Position numbers and translations under genes: made by a program. Source: Flavobacteriales bacterium (GTDB taxonomy: Bacteria > Bacteroidota > Bacteroidia > Flavobacteriales_D > Sanyastnellaceae). Taken from it: DNA of 64,000 bases. The DNA lies in NCBI GenBank assembly GCA_027491075.1, contig JAIXWX010000016.1, positions 22,582 through 86,581 on the forward strand, in the 5' to 3' direction. This document shows, one piece after another, positions 34,816-43,903 of the stretch (its first letter is position 1; every line of letters starts with the position of its first letter). The notes beneath the pieces were generated by a model. The model made no database searches. It had not been told where the DNA came from and worked only from the letters and a program-made list of their open reading frames with translations.

Positions 34816-36273
34816 TCAATCCGCCAACTTCTTTTCCCACTTGCTTACTGCAACGGTGGCTACGGCATTGCCGACTACGTTGGTGGCGCTCCTGCCCATG
34901 TCTAGTAAGTGGTCGACTCCCAACAACAACAACAGCCCTGCTTCAGGAATATTAAAGGTAGACAGGGTCCCAGCAATGACCACCAAGGAGGCACGAGGAA
35001 CGCCCGCAATTCCTTTGCTGGTGACCATCAAGGTGAGCAACATGAGCATCTGTTCGCTAATACTCATGTCAATGCCATAACTCTGCGCTATAAAGAGACT
35101 CGCGAAGGTCATGTACATCATGCTTCCGTCTAAGTTAAAGCTATATCCTAAGGGTAAGGTGAAACTTACAATCTGATTCCTACACCCAAAGCGCTCCAGC
35201 TCTTCCATGAGCTTGGGATAGGCGGCCTCACTAGAAGCCGTGGAAAACGCCAGCAACAATGATTCTTTTATGCGAGAAAAAAGGGTCTTGACTCTGTTTC
35301 TTATCAATAAAAATGCAACTCCAAATAGTATCAACCACAATAACAACAACCCGAAGTAAAACTCTCCAATAAATACAGCATACGTTCCAAGTACTCCCAG
35401 TCCTTTCTTCGCTACGACGCTGGTCATGGCCGCAAATACCGCAACGGGAGCAACATACATCACCATAGAAGTGATTTTAAGCATCACGTGACCAACGGCA
35501 TCCATAGCTTTGATAATGGTTTCTCCTGGCTTGCCTATTGCTGCTGTAGCCATTCCAAACAACAAGGAAAACACCACAATTTGAAGAATTTCATTGTGGG
35601 CCATCGCTTCTACTACGCTACTAGGAATAATATGCGTGATAAATCCTTTCAGCGTTACACTGTTTTTATCAATGCCTGAATCCAACAGTGCGGAAGGCAC
35701 TTCTGTGTGCATGATTTTTCCCGGCTCAAATAAATTCACCAAAACACAGCCCAATAAAAGCGAAACAAAAGAGGCGGATATAAACCAAAGCATGGTCTTC
35801 CCTCCTATTCTGCCCACGTCTTTTAAGTCGCCGAGTTTGGCCACGCCCACCACCAATGTCGAAAACACCAAGGGGGCAATGATCATCTTGATAAGCCGAA
35901 GAAAAATGTCTGTTAAAATACTGAGATAATCCAATACTTGCTTGAGCGTACTGTCCATGACTTCGTCTCTGGATGCCGCTTTCGCCAGTTTCTGATGAAG
36001 CGCTTGCTTTGATTTATCTTGAGAGATAACTTGTGCTATGCTTTCCCATTTCTCTTTCGCGCTTTTGAGAGAGTCCGCTTGAATCTCTTGTATCGACGCT
36101 GACAATCCCTTTTGCTCTCCCGCTAGCGCTTGCTCTTGCTGAATCCTCAACAGTGACTCCTCATAACTTAATGCTGGCGTAGGAGGGTACCAAGCGTGCA
36201 GTATGGTGCCTAGAACAACTCCAAACACCAGGGCTACGAAAATCCAAAAGGTGAGCTTATTTGACTTTGACAT
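34816..36273 (-). CDS. dicarboxylate/amino acid:cation symporter (DAACS, GltP/DctA-like)
   Basis: It has typical DAACS blocks (IFLRLIKMIIAPLVFSTLVVG, SSEAAYP, MLLTLMVTSKGIAGVPRASLVV, DMGRSATNVVGNAVA). It also has an unusually long hydrophilic loop after TM1. Confidence 0.9.
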   Translation of the reverse strand: MSKSNKLTFWIFVALVFGVVLGTILHAWYPPTPALSYEESLLRIQQEQALAGEQKGLSASIQEIQADSLKSAKEKWESIAQVISQDKSKQALHQKLAKAASRDEVMDSTLKQVLDYLSILTDIFLRLIKMIIAPLVFSTLVVGVAKLGDLKDVGRIGGKTMLWFISASFVSLLLGCVLVNLFEPGKIMHTEVPSALLDSGIDKNSVTLKGFITHIIPSSVVEAMAHNEILQIVVFSLLFGMATAAIGKPGETIIKAMDAVGHVMLKITSMVMYVAPVAVFAAMTSVVAKKGLGVLGTYAVFIGEFYFGLLLLWLILFGVAFLLIRNRVKTLFSRIKESLLLAFSTASSEAAYPKLMEELERFGCRNQIVSFTLPLGYSFNLDGSMMYMTFASLFIAQSYGIDMSISEQMLMLLTLMVTSKGIAGVPRASLVVIAGTLSTFNIPEAGLLLLLGVDHLLDMGRSATNVVGNAVATVAVSKWEKKLAD

Positions 36274-36313
36274 ATCTTACACTTTGTGCGGCAAGATAAG
36301 CCTGCTTGAGGAT

Positions 36314-39300
36314 TTATTCCTTCTCCAACTTATTGAAATAGTTGTTTACTTTCTCCTTGTAATAAGGCTTCAACTGCGGGGGCACGGTACGCAAGAGTTC
36401 TGTTTCGCGTTGCTTTCGTTTGATGTACTCTTCATACTTCGCTGGATTTCCAATCGGAAAGTCTTTGGCCTCGTTGGATTTTCTTTGATTGTCTTGTTCT
36501 CTCACACGCTCTGCTTCTTCGGCCTTTAATAAACGAATCATGATGTCCTGCTGACGACGCAAGGTGTTCTCGTCGATTTTATTGTTGACAATGTCCTTCT
36601 GGAGCTGTTCCATGTCCTTAGCAATTTGCTTGAGCTCATTTCCAGTGCCACTGCCGTCTTTATTTAAGTCTGACGCCTTCTCCTCCATCATTTTGCGAAT
36701 CGCTGCTTGTTGGGCCGCCATTTGAGCCAATTGCTTGCTCATTTGACCTTGTCCTCCTTTGTTTTCGCCTTTATTCTGCCCTTGCTTCTTCATTTCTTCC
36801 AATTGTTTGGAAAGTGCCTGCTGCATCTTTTTGATGTCTCCAGCGCTAGGTTTGGGCTTCTTTCCACCCCCACCTGGCTTTTCACAATTTCCTGTGCCCG
36901 GCTTGCTGTTGGCTTGTTGCTGTTGCATCTGCTTCAGTGCTTCATCGAGCATGAGGGCGAGGTTGTTAAAGCTCGTCATCACGTACTGTTGCGCGGTGGT
37001 GATTTCACCTGTTCTTCGATCTCCCACGTTATCCAAAGCCTTTCCCATATTCTCGTTGACCTGGTTGATCTCTCTGTTCACCGCAGCACTGATTTGTGGT
37101 ACTCTTTTGCTTAGGGCGAATAAAGAATCTTCTACCATTTTAGCATCGTCTTTCAGTTTTCTTTGATCTTGTCCGAGCTTGACGTAGTTGGGATCTTTCA
37201 TATCAATCTTCTTGAATTCTGACATGAGTTTTTCTTGATCGAAGCTCAATGTGACGATGTTCTCCAACAATGCACGCAGGGCTTCCATATCTTCCTCTTG
37301 CTTTTCCTGAGCGGCGCCGTCCATCTGCATTTGCATCTGTTGGGCCATTTGCTTCATCTTGTTGGCGGCGCTTTTCTGAGATTTACTGGCGCTATTCTTT
37401 TTATTCTTCTGCAACTCATCAGAACTCTCTTTTTGATCCTGTTGAATTTCATTCTCCTGCTGCTCGGTATCCGGCATAGGGTTAGGTTCTTCTAAATCTT
37501 CATTCAGCTTTTTCAAATCATCCAAGTCTTTCTTAACCTCTTCGAATTCTTTGTTCAATTCGTCTTGCTTCTGTTTGATTTCTTCGCTCTTGGTGTCTTT
37601 GCTTTCTGACTCTTTGCTCAACTCTTCTTGCTTCTTGGAAAGCTCGTCCAACTTCTCAATGGTCTTTTCCATTTTTTGTTCAAACTCCAATTGCTTGAAC
37701 TGTTCTAGTGCTCGATCCAACTCCTTCTCTAAGTCTTCGGCACTCATATCCATTTTATCTAGTTCTTTCTGAATTTGATCCTTGTTTAATTCTTCCATCA
37801 ACTTCTGCAGTTCTTCCATCATTTTCTCCATTTCTGGATTCATGATCTCTTCCATCAACTTCTCCAATTGCTGCTGTTTTTCAAGGATGTCTTCATTCTG
37901 TTGGTTGAACTGATTTTCTTGGTTGTTCTTTTGCTGATTCTCTTTTTGAATTTGCTCAATTTGATTGCGCAACTCTTCTTGTCTTTTTAGAATGTCCTCC
38001 AGCTTTTTCTTGTCTTGCCAAGTCATTTCTTTCTTCTCCAACATTTGTCGTTGAAGTTCTTCCAATTCCTTTTCTAGCTTCTTGGCATCTTTCAGGCTTT
38101 CTTCCAATTTGCTTTTGATGTCCTCGTTCTTTTGGTCTACCAATTCTTCTAATTCGTCAAGCGAGGGCAAGGCGTATTCTTTGACTGCGCTGCGTGTTGA
38201 CTTACTGCCGTTGACTCCGTCGTTGTCCCAAATTTCAAAGTAGTAACTGAGTTTATCCCCCGGTTGTATGCCTACCGACTCAAGATCCCATGTGTAGAAA
38301 AAATTGTCTGCTACTTGCTGTTGTGAAACGGGAATTTCAGTGGTTTTCCATTCTCCTTCGCTACCATCGCTATTCTTTTTAGAAAAATTAAACGTCAGTT
38401 GTCTAAAGCCATAATCATCTTTCACCTCTCCTGTGAAGTAGAGCTGTTTGAGCCCCACACTATCCTTTTCTTCTTCAAAGCCAATAGACGGATATAAGTC
38501 CGGAATGACCTGAATTCTGTAGAGAATGCTGTCGCTGCTACTCACTCGTTCATTTGACGCGTGTACCATATATGTAACAGGCTCTCTGATAGTTTTTGCA
38601 AATCGAAATACCTCGTCGCTGCCATCAAGAACATAGACACTATCCGCATACCGAACGCTCAGTCGGTTTGTGTTTCTTGTGAAGAATTCCCATTGCACTG
38701 CTGTTCCTTGAGGAATCGTTAAGTCTCCTGTGTTCTTAACTGTTTCATTGATACGACCTGTGTACGAGGGGTATTTCAATCCTACGCTAAAGTCAATTAA
38801 TGAAGGCATCGCGAGCACTTCAATGGCTGCTCCCTCAAAACTGAATTCAGAGGCGTACAAATCAAACTCCGTGTTCTGGCTGAGCCCTCTTATCGTGTAT
38901 TTGAAGTTGAGGTTGTCCTCTTTCTCCATCAAATACTGCTGACCGTCCATTACCACGTACACCTTATCTGGAATCTCTGTGCCCGGCACAACTGCCACTT
39001 GAATAATGAAGTCTGTGTTCTCTGCTACTGTAAATTGATCATTCTTTAGCTCTAGGTTGAAAGGTGCGTCTTCCGCAATATTCTCAGAGTAGCGAAGAAG
39101 TCTGTCAGTAGGTTTCGTAATGAGGGAGGGAGCGGCAAAAAGAAGAATTACAAAGATCGCCACAGGAGGAATAGCGTACTTGAGATATTTCTTGTTTTCT
39201 TTTAAATCTATCGCGCTTGTGAACGGTACTGATTTCAGACCGTCAATTCTTTGTTGTATACCCGCTTGAAGCAACGAGTTGTCTTGCTCTTTTTCCGCGA

Positions 39301-39709
39301 GTTCCTTTAGTTGTAGCGTGTTTAGAAGCTTGTCTTGAACGTCACTGAAATGCGCTCCAATGATTTCTGCCGCTTTTTGATGAGAGATGGTTTTTCCCAA
39401 GCGATACATTTTGAAAAGCGGAATCGCGATGAAACCAATCAATACAAAAATGGAAGAGGCAATAAAAGAAAAGAAAAGAAAAGTCCTCATGCTCGTGGAG
39501 AATTTTCCGACATACTCCAAGAGGTTTACTACTAAAAAACTTCCCACGACCAGTGCAACGCAGTATAACGCGCCACGGATCATTTGATTTTTATAATACT
39601 TCCTGATAAACTCGTCGAGCTTCTCGATAAGCTCGTTGTATCCACTTACTCTCATTTTATTCTCCTCCTTCAAAGATACAGAAACAGAGTATGGTTTCGC
39701 CATACTCAT
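36314..39709 (-). CDS. large membrane-anchored protein with long E/K/Q-rich coiled-coil region (DUF4175-like)
   Basis: The 1131-aa protein has three N-terminal TM helices and a beta-rich middle part. About 300 aa of charged low-complexity coil span aa 515-810. The family assignment is from memory and uncertain, and the start could be the internal ATG at 39655. Confidence 0.7.
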   Translation of the reverse strand: MSMAKPYSVSVSLKEENKMRVSGYNELIEKLDEFIRKYYKNQMIRGALYCVALVVGSFLVVNLLEYVGKFSTSMRTFLFFSFIASSIFVLIGFIAIPLFKMYRLGKTISHQKAAEIIGAHFSDVQDKLLNTLQLKELAEKEQDNSLLQAGIQQRIDGLKSVPFTSAIDLKENKKYLKYAIPPVAIFVILLFAAPSLITKPTDRLLRYSENIAEDAPFNLELKNDQFTVAENTDFIIQVAVVPGTEIPDKVYVVMDGQQYLMEKEDNLNFKYTIRGLSQNTEFDLYASEFSFEGAAIEVLAMPSLIDFSVGLKYPSYTGRINETVKNTGDLTIPQGTAVQWEFFTRNTNRLSVRYADSVYVLDGSDEVFRFAKTIREPVTYMVHASNERVSSSDSILYRIQVIPDLYPSIGFEEEKDSVGLKQLYFTGEVKDDYGFRQLTFNFSKKNSDGSEGEWKTTEIPVSQQQVADNFFYTWDLESVGIQPGDKLSYYFEIWDNDGVNGSKSTRSAVKEYALPSLDELEELVDQKNEDIKSKLEESLKDAKKLEKELEELQRQMLEKKEMTWQDKKKLEDILKRQEELRNQIEQIQKENQQKNNQENQFNQQNEDILEKQQQLEKLMEEIMNPEMEKMMEELQKLMEELNKDQIQKELDKMDMSAEDLEKELDRALEQFKQLEFEQKMEKTIEKLDELSKKQEELSKESESKDTKSEEIKQKQDELNKEFEEVKKDLDDLKKLNEDLEEPNPMPDTEQQENEIQQDQKESSDELQKNKKNSASKSQKSAANKMKQMAQQMQMQMDGAAQEKQEEDMEALRALLENIVTLSFDQEKLMSEFKKIDMKDPNYVKLGQDQRKLKDDAKMVEDSLFALSKRVPQISAAVNREINQVNENMGKALDNVGDRRTGEITTAQQYVMTSFNNLALMLDEALKQMQQQQANSKPGTGNCEKPGGGGKKPKPSAGDIKKMQQALSKQLEEMKKQGQNKGENKGGQGQMSKQLAQMAAQQAAIRKMMEEKASDLNKDGSGTGNELKQIAKDMEQLQKDIVNNKIDENTLRRQQDIMIRLLKAEEAERVREQDNQRKSNEAKDFPIGNPAKYEEYIKRKQRETELLRTVPPQLKPYYKEKVNNYFNKLEKE

Positions 39710-39737
39710 TTAAACTTCATTTTAATTTAAGAAAAAA

Positions 39738-41165
39738 CTACACTTCTTGGTTCATCATTTTCTGGGAAAATGCAAGCAACTCTTGCTCTTCAAACTTTCT
39801 TCCCATCAGCTGTATTCCAAAAGGCAACCCGGATTGTTTTCTTCCCAGAGGAAGTGAAATCGCTGGAACACCCGCCAGATTTGCTTGTACCGTAAAAATA
39901 TCTTCAAGATACATGGCAATTGGATCCTTCGTATTCTCTCCTAAAGCGAATGCTTCATTGGTTGAAGTAGGTGTAAGGATAAAATCATATTCCTCTAGCA
40001 CCTTCATGGTTTTATCATGTATGACACGGCGCACTTGCTGTGCTTTGCCGTAATACGCATCGTAATATCCAGAACTCAATACAAACGTACCAAGCATGAT
40101 CCTTCTCTTCACTTCTTTTCCAAAACCTTCGGTCCTGCTCTTTTTATACGTGTTGTCTATGCCCGCAGCGTCTTTGCTTCTATATCCATAGTGAATGCCG
40201 TCGAATCGAGCCAGATTAGAGCTAGCCTCTGCGGTAGTAAGCACATAATATGTCGGAACCAAATGATCCAGATGGGGAAAATCTACCGGATCAACGGAAT
40301 GACCTTCCGCTTTCAATTGATCAATAAGCTGATAGATTCTTTGCTTTACTTCTGGATTAAGACCTGGACTTTCGAGGCAATCTTTAATGTATGCGATTTT
40401 CTTTTTCCCTTTAGTCTCCAATAGCTTGGAGTATTCGGGTACAGCATTATGGGACGCCGTGCTGTCAAACTCATCGCCCCCTGCCATCACTTCGAGCAAC
40501 AATGCCGAGTCATAGACACTTCTTGTCATGGGCCCTATTTGATCAAAGCTCGACGCGTATGCAATTAGGCCGTATCTAGAAATGCGACCGTATGTTGGTT
40601 TTAATCCTACAATTCCCGTGAGCGATGCTGGCTGACGAATGCTTCCGCCCGTATCGCTTCCTAGTGCAGCAAGACAAAGGTCCCCTGCTACGGCTGCTGC
40701 TGAGCCTCCGCTGCTTCCTCCAGGTACTTTTGATTCGTCCAAAGGATTTTTTACTGCACCAAATGCGCTATTCTCGTTGGAGCTACCCATTGCAAACTCA
40801 TCGCAATTGAGTCTTCCCAGGAGAATTGCGTCTTCTGCAAGGAGTCTATCTACAACCGTGCTGTTATAAATGGATTTGAAGCCTTCTAGAATTTTTGAGG
40901 ATGCCGAAACAGCGTGATCTTTAAAACAAATGTTGTCTTTAAGGCCGATGATCATTCCTGCGAGTTTGCCTGCCTCGCCTTTGTTGAATCGATTTTGAAT
41001 TTCCTCTGCCCTCTTTATGGCCTCTTCCTCCCAAACTTCAAGAAATGCGTTGAGCTGCGGCTTGGCGTTGATATTTGAAACGTAATAGCGAACAAGCTGC
41101 GGCAGGTTCAATACCCCGCTGCGAAGATCATTTTGAACTTCGATGATAGAATCGTACTTCCTCAC
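39738..41165 (-). CDS. gatA: Asp-tRNA(Asn)/Glu-tRNA(Gln) amidotransferase subunit A
   Basis: It carries the amidase signature GGSSGGSAAAVA...GSDTGGSIRQPA. The protein is 475 aa. Confidence 0.95.
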   Translation of the reverse strand: MRKYDSIIEVQNDLRSGVLNLPQLVRYYVSNINAKPQLNAFLEVWEEEAIKRAEEIQNRFNKGEAGKLAGMIIGLKDNICFKDHAVSASSKILEGFKSIYNSTVVDRLLAEDAILLGRLNCDEFAMGSSNENSAFGAVKNPLDESKVPGGSSGGSAAAVAGDLCLAALGSDTGGSIRQPASLTGIVGLKPTYGRISRYGLIAYASSFDQIGPMTRSVYDSALLLEVMAGGDEFDSTASHNAVPEYSKLLETKGKKKIAYIKDCLESPGLNPEVKQRIYQLIDQLKAEGHSVDPVDFPHLDHLVPTYYVLTTAEASSNLARFDGIHYGYRSKDAAGIDNTYKKSRTEGFGKEVKRRIMLGTFVLSSGYYDAYYGKAQQVRRVIHDKTMKVLEEYDFILTPTSTNEAFALGENTKDPIAMYLEDIFTVQANLAGVPAISLPLGRKQSGLPFGIQLMGRKFEEQELLAFSQKMMNQEV

Positions 41166-41179
41166 AATTGAAAAAGATC

Positions 41180-41350
41180 TTATTTGTTTTCGATCTTATC
41201 AGATGGGGTGCTTTCTCCTTTGCTGGCATCTTTAAATTCCTTCATGCCACGACCGAGACCGCGCATCAATTCTGGAATTTTTTTACCTCCAAAAAGAAGA
41301 AGAATGATCCCGAGAATTAATAGAATTTCGGTTACGCCTAATTTACCCAT
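41180..41350 (-). CDS. tatA: twin-arginine translocase subunit TatA/E
   Basis: It is absent from the ORF track because it is under 60 aa. My hand translation of the minus strand gives [56 protein letters not shown]. That sequence has the TatA hallmark TM helix, the FGxxKxPE hinge and an amphipathic helix. Confidence 0.85.
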   Translation of the reverse strand: MGKLGVTEILLILGIILLLFGGKKIPELMRGLGRGMKEFKDASKGESTPSDKIENK

Positions 41351-41377
41351 GGTGTGTTTTATTTACTCTACGAGCTG

Positions 41378-41385
41378 CAAAGATA
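41378..41385 (-). promoter_or_regulatory. -7 box TATCTTTG upstream of tatA
   Basis: This is an exact TAnnTTTG on the minus strand, ending 27 nt before the tatA ATG. Confidence 0.4.
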
Positions 41386-41392
41386 CACAAGG

Positions 41393-41416
41393 CACTCGAG
41401 GTTTTAACCTCGAGTG
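41393..41416 (-). terminator. hairpin CACTCGAGG-N6-CCTCGAGTG after the coiled-coil gene
   Basis: The 9-bp perfect stem lies 17 nt after the stop at 41433. No clear U-tract follows, so terminator function is uncertain. Confidence 0.4.
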
Positions 41417-41432
41417 TTCCTTTAACAATAAA

Positions 41433-42305
41433 TTACTTTAGGTTCAAGTCTGTTTGACCAATTAGGCTGTTGGACTCGTATACGTATATTTTGTAAGAAC
41501 CTTTTTTCAGCTCATTCTGTGCGGTGTAGTACACACAAACGTCGGTGTCTTGGTTTTGGTAATCGACATCTCTTGCTGCAGAAATGTTCTCTGCTTTTCC
41601 ATCAATCGTAACAGAGCCCGATTCCTTGCCCTTCAGCACATTGCCGTCTGGGCCAATGATTCTCAAGTACAGCTTCTTATTGCCTGCCTTAACGATAGCG
41701 TTTTTGCGCACCGTAAAGCATGATTTAATCATTTTCGTTTTGTTTGCGCGATCGGTTTCCACCTCTTTTCCTGAACTTCTGACGTTGATTCCACTGTTTA
41801 CAAATTCGCCTGTAGAAAGTATAGAGCCTTTATTGACCATTTCTTTGGTTACACTGAGATCTGACTCCAGTTCTTTGCTTCGGTTTTCCGCTGAGTTGGC
41901 GCGCATGGATTCAGCTTCTTTCTCCGCGAATAATCGATCATTCGCTTGTTGAAGGGAGTCTATTTGCTTGATATATCCTTTCATGATATTTCTCAACGTT
42001 TCCGCCTCTGCTTTCAACTTTGAAATATCATAGTCCTTGTTCTTTGCTTTTCTTATCAGGTTGGCAATGTCTTCTTGCTGTTCTGCGATTTTGGCCGCCA
42101 TTTCAGCGTTGTCCGTTTGAAGGGTATCATAGCCCATTTTCATTTGCTCTAGCTCCACAGCCAACACGTCTCTTTCATCCATGATGGTGTTTTTCTCACG
42201 GTCGATGTAAACAATTTTTTCGTTGGCATTTTTGATTTGAAAACCCAAGTAGATGCAGAGCGCTGCGAGAACGGCGATTATGCCGATGTAAACTTTGTTA
42301 CTCAT
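41433..42305 (-). CDS. membrane-anchored coiled-coil protein, hypothetical
   Basis: The ATG at 42305 gives MSNKVYIGIIAVLAALCIYLGF as a TM anchor. About 130 aa of coiled coil and a beta-rich C-terminal domain follow. I recognise no motif. Confidence 0.6.
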   Translation of the reverse strand: MSNKVYIGIIAVLAALCIYLGFQIKNANEKIVYIDREKNTIMDERDVLAVELEQMKMGYDTLQTDNAEMAAKIAEQQEDIANLIRKAKNKDYDISKLKAEAETLRNIMKGYIKQIDSLQQANDRLFAEKEAESMRANSAENRSKELESDLSVTKEMVNKGSILSTGEFVNSGINVRSSGKEVETDRANKTKMIKSCFTVRKNAIVKAGNKKLYLRIIGPDGNVLKGKESGSVTIDGKAENISAARDVDYQNQDTDVCVYYTAQNELKKGSYKIYVYESNSLIGQTDLNLK

Positions 42306-42445
42306 AGTTACGGTATTTATTTTCCTTGCATGGACGAAATTATTCACCTCGTCAGTACGCGTAACGTTGTTTTTGGGTTTTTATTAAGAATGGATTGTGT
42401 TTTTTGTGAATTTTCTTCCTTGTGTACGAAAAACATAAAAACCTA

Positions 42446-42462
42446 TATATTTGCACCCGCTT
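42446..42462 (+). promoter_or_regulatory. tRNA-Cys promoter: -7 box TATATTTG plus shared block TTTGCACCCGCTT
   Basis: An exact TAnnTTTG lies at 42446-42453. The 13-mer at 42450-42462 is identical to the one upstream of tRNA-Gln. The mature tRNA starts at 42466. Confidence 0.5.
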
Positions 42463-42465
42463 AGC

Positions 42466-42539
42466 GGTCCTGTGGCCGAGCGGCTAGGCAGAGGTCTGCA
42501 AAACCTCGTACAGCGGTTCGAATCCGCTCGGGACCTCCA
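42466..42539 (+). tRNA. tRNA-Cys (anticodon GCA), CCA encoded
   Basis: I folded it by hand. The acceptor stem is GGTCCTG/CGGGACC. The anticodon stem GAGGT/ACCTC carries the loop CTGCAAA, and the T arm is AGCGG-TTCGAAT-CCGCT. The discriminator is U73, typical of tRNA-Cys, and a 3' CCA is encoded. It is 74 nt long. Confidence 0.9.
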
Positions 42540-42542
42540 AAC

Positions 42543-42578
42543 AAAAAACCCCCTCACTTACAGGCGAGGGGGTTTTTT
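42543..42578 (+). terminator. terminator AAAAAA-CCCCCTC..GAGGGGG-TTTTTT, near-twin of the tRNA-Gln terminator
   Basis: The 7-bp GC stem is extendable with one mismatch and is followed by a T6 run. It starts 4 nt after tRNA-Cys. It shares the 13-mers AAAAAACCCCCTC and GGCGAGGGGGTTT with 21672-21703. Confidence 0.7.
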
Positions 42579-42635
42579 ATTGCACATAAAATTCGATACG
42601 GTATTCAATGCTTCGTTTTTTCCTTTACAGAAAAA

Positions 42636-43010
42636 ATGGAAAAGCAATCGACACGAGCGAAAGGCGCAGCGGGAGAAGACCAGGCAAGTATGCTTCTGCA
42701 AAAGAAAGGGTATAGAATCATCGAGCGCAACTGGACCGCAGGAAAGCTCGAAATTGATATTGTGGCAGAAACAAAAACCCATCTTGTTTTTGTAGAAGTA
42801 AAAAAAAGACATAGCAAACAATACAAAGAACCTTGGGAGGCGGTGAATAAGAAAAAGCAACTCAACATTATGCGCGCTGCCAACTATTACATTAAAAAAT
42901 ACAAGGGCTCACTAGAGCCACGTTTCGATATTGTCTCCATTGTCGAGGTAAGTCCAACCGACTTTGAGATTGAACACATTGAGAATGCGTTTTGGCCCAT
43001 GGCTTATTAG
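42636..43010 (+). CDS. YraN-family (UPF0102) endonuclease-like protein
   Basis: It has GAAGEDQASMLLQKKGYRIIERNW...EIDIVAE...LVFVEVKKR. The protein is 124 aa. Confidence 0.85.
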   Translation: MEKQSTRAKGAAGEDQASMLLQKKGYRIIERNWTAGKLEIDIVAETKTHLVFVEVKKRHSKQYKEPWEAVNKKKQLNIMRAANYYIKKYKGSLEPRFDIVSIVEVSPTDFEIEHIENAFWPMAY

Positions 43011-43046
43011 GTGTACCTTTGCGCCATATTTGTAAAAATCAATATC

Positions 43047-43898
43047 ATGGCCTCATCGAGTAAACCGGATCCGAAGTCAAAAAGCCAGAAGGCCAAGCGC
43101 GAACCTAAATTTAAAGAAGGTTCAAAACTGACAAAGCCCTTCCAGCCTAAAAAATCATACATATCCAAAACAGAGCAGAGCGGACTCATTCGCCTAAATC
43201 GTTTTCTATCCAACGCGGGAATCGCGTCGCGTAGAGATGCCGATAAGCTCATTGAGCTTGGGCTTGTAAGTGTCAACGGAAAAGTAGTGACCGAATTGGG
43301 AACCAAGGTAGACCCCAAGGTGGACGTTGTAAAGTATGACGACCGTAATCTTCGTCCTGAGCCTATGCGTTATGTGTTGCTCAATAAACCTAAGGATTAC
43401 ATTACCACGATGGAAGATCCGCAAGAAAGAAGAACCGTGATGATGCTTGTTGAGGGTGCCTGCAAGGAAAGGATTTATCCCGTTGGACGACTGGACAGGC
43501 AAACCATGGGTTTGTTGTTGTTTACCAATGACGGAGAACTTGCCAAACGCTTGACGCATCCCAAGCACGGATATCCTAAGCTTTATCACGTTGAAACCGC
43601 CGAGAAAGTGAATCCGGCAGACTTACAGAAGCTCCGAGATGGAATCAAGCTCGAAGATGGAATGGTGCGCGTTGACGAGGTTGAGTACGTTGGCACAGGA
43701 AAAGATCAGCATCAGGTAGGTGTGCGCATACACAGTGGAAAGAATCGTATTGTCAGAAGAATGTTTGAGCACCTGGGTTACAAAATCCGCAAGCTAGATC
43801 GAGTCATGTTTGCAGGACTAACCAAGCGCGATTTGCCGCGTGGTCGATACAGACATCTTACAGAGCAAGAGGTGAATTTCTTAAGAATGATTCGATAA
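43047..43898 (+). CDS. RsuA/RluB-family pseudouridine synthase with basic N-terminal tail and S4 domain
   Basis: It has the S4 motif IRLNRFLSNAGIASRRDADKLI, the catalytic block YPVGRLDRQTMGLLLFTNDG, and KIRKLDRVMFAGLT. I prefer the ATG at 43047 over the GTG at 43011. Confidence 0.9.
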   Translation: MASSSKPDPKSKSQKAKREPKFKEGSKLTKPFQPKKSYISKTEQSGLIRLNRFLSNAGIASRRDADKLIELGLVSVNGKVVTELGTKVDPKVDVVKYDDRNLRPEPMRYVLLNKPKDYITTMEDPQERRTVMMLVEGACKERIYPVGRLDRQTMGLLLFTNDGELAKRLTHPKHGYPKLYHVETAEKVNPADLQKLRDGIKLEDGMVRVDEVEYVGTGKDQHQVGVRIHSGKNRIVRRMFEHLGYKIRKLDRVMFAGLTKRDLPRGRYRHLTEQEVNFLRMIR

Positions 43899-43903
43899 GC
43901 ATA

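Noticed and set aside
36707-37772. Several 70-135-aa plus-strand ORFs lie inside the 1131-aa minus-strand gene.
   Set aside because: They are the complement of the GAA/AAG-rich coiled-coil tract, which yields Leu/Phe/Ser-rich nonsense frames without stops. They are not independent genes.
41184-41441. An 85-aa plus-strand ORF is listed in the track.
   Set aside because: It overlaps a convincing minus-strand tatA gene, its promoter and an intergenic hairpin. The product has no protein-like features.
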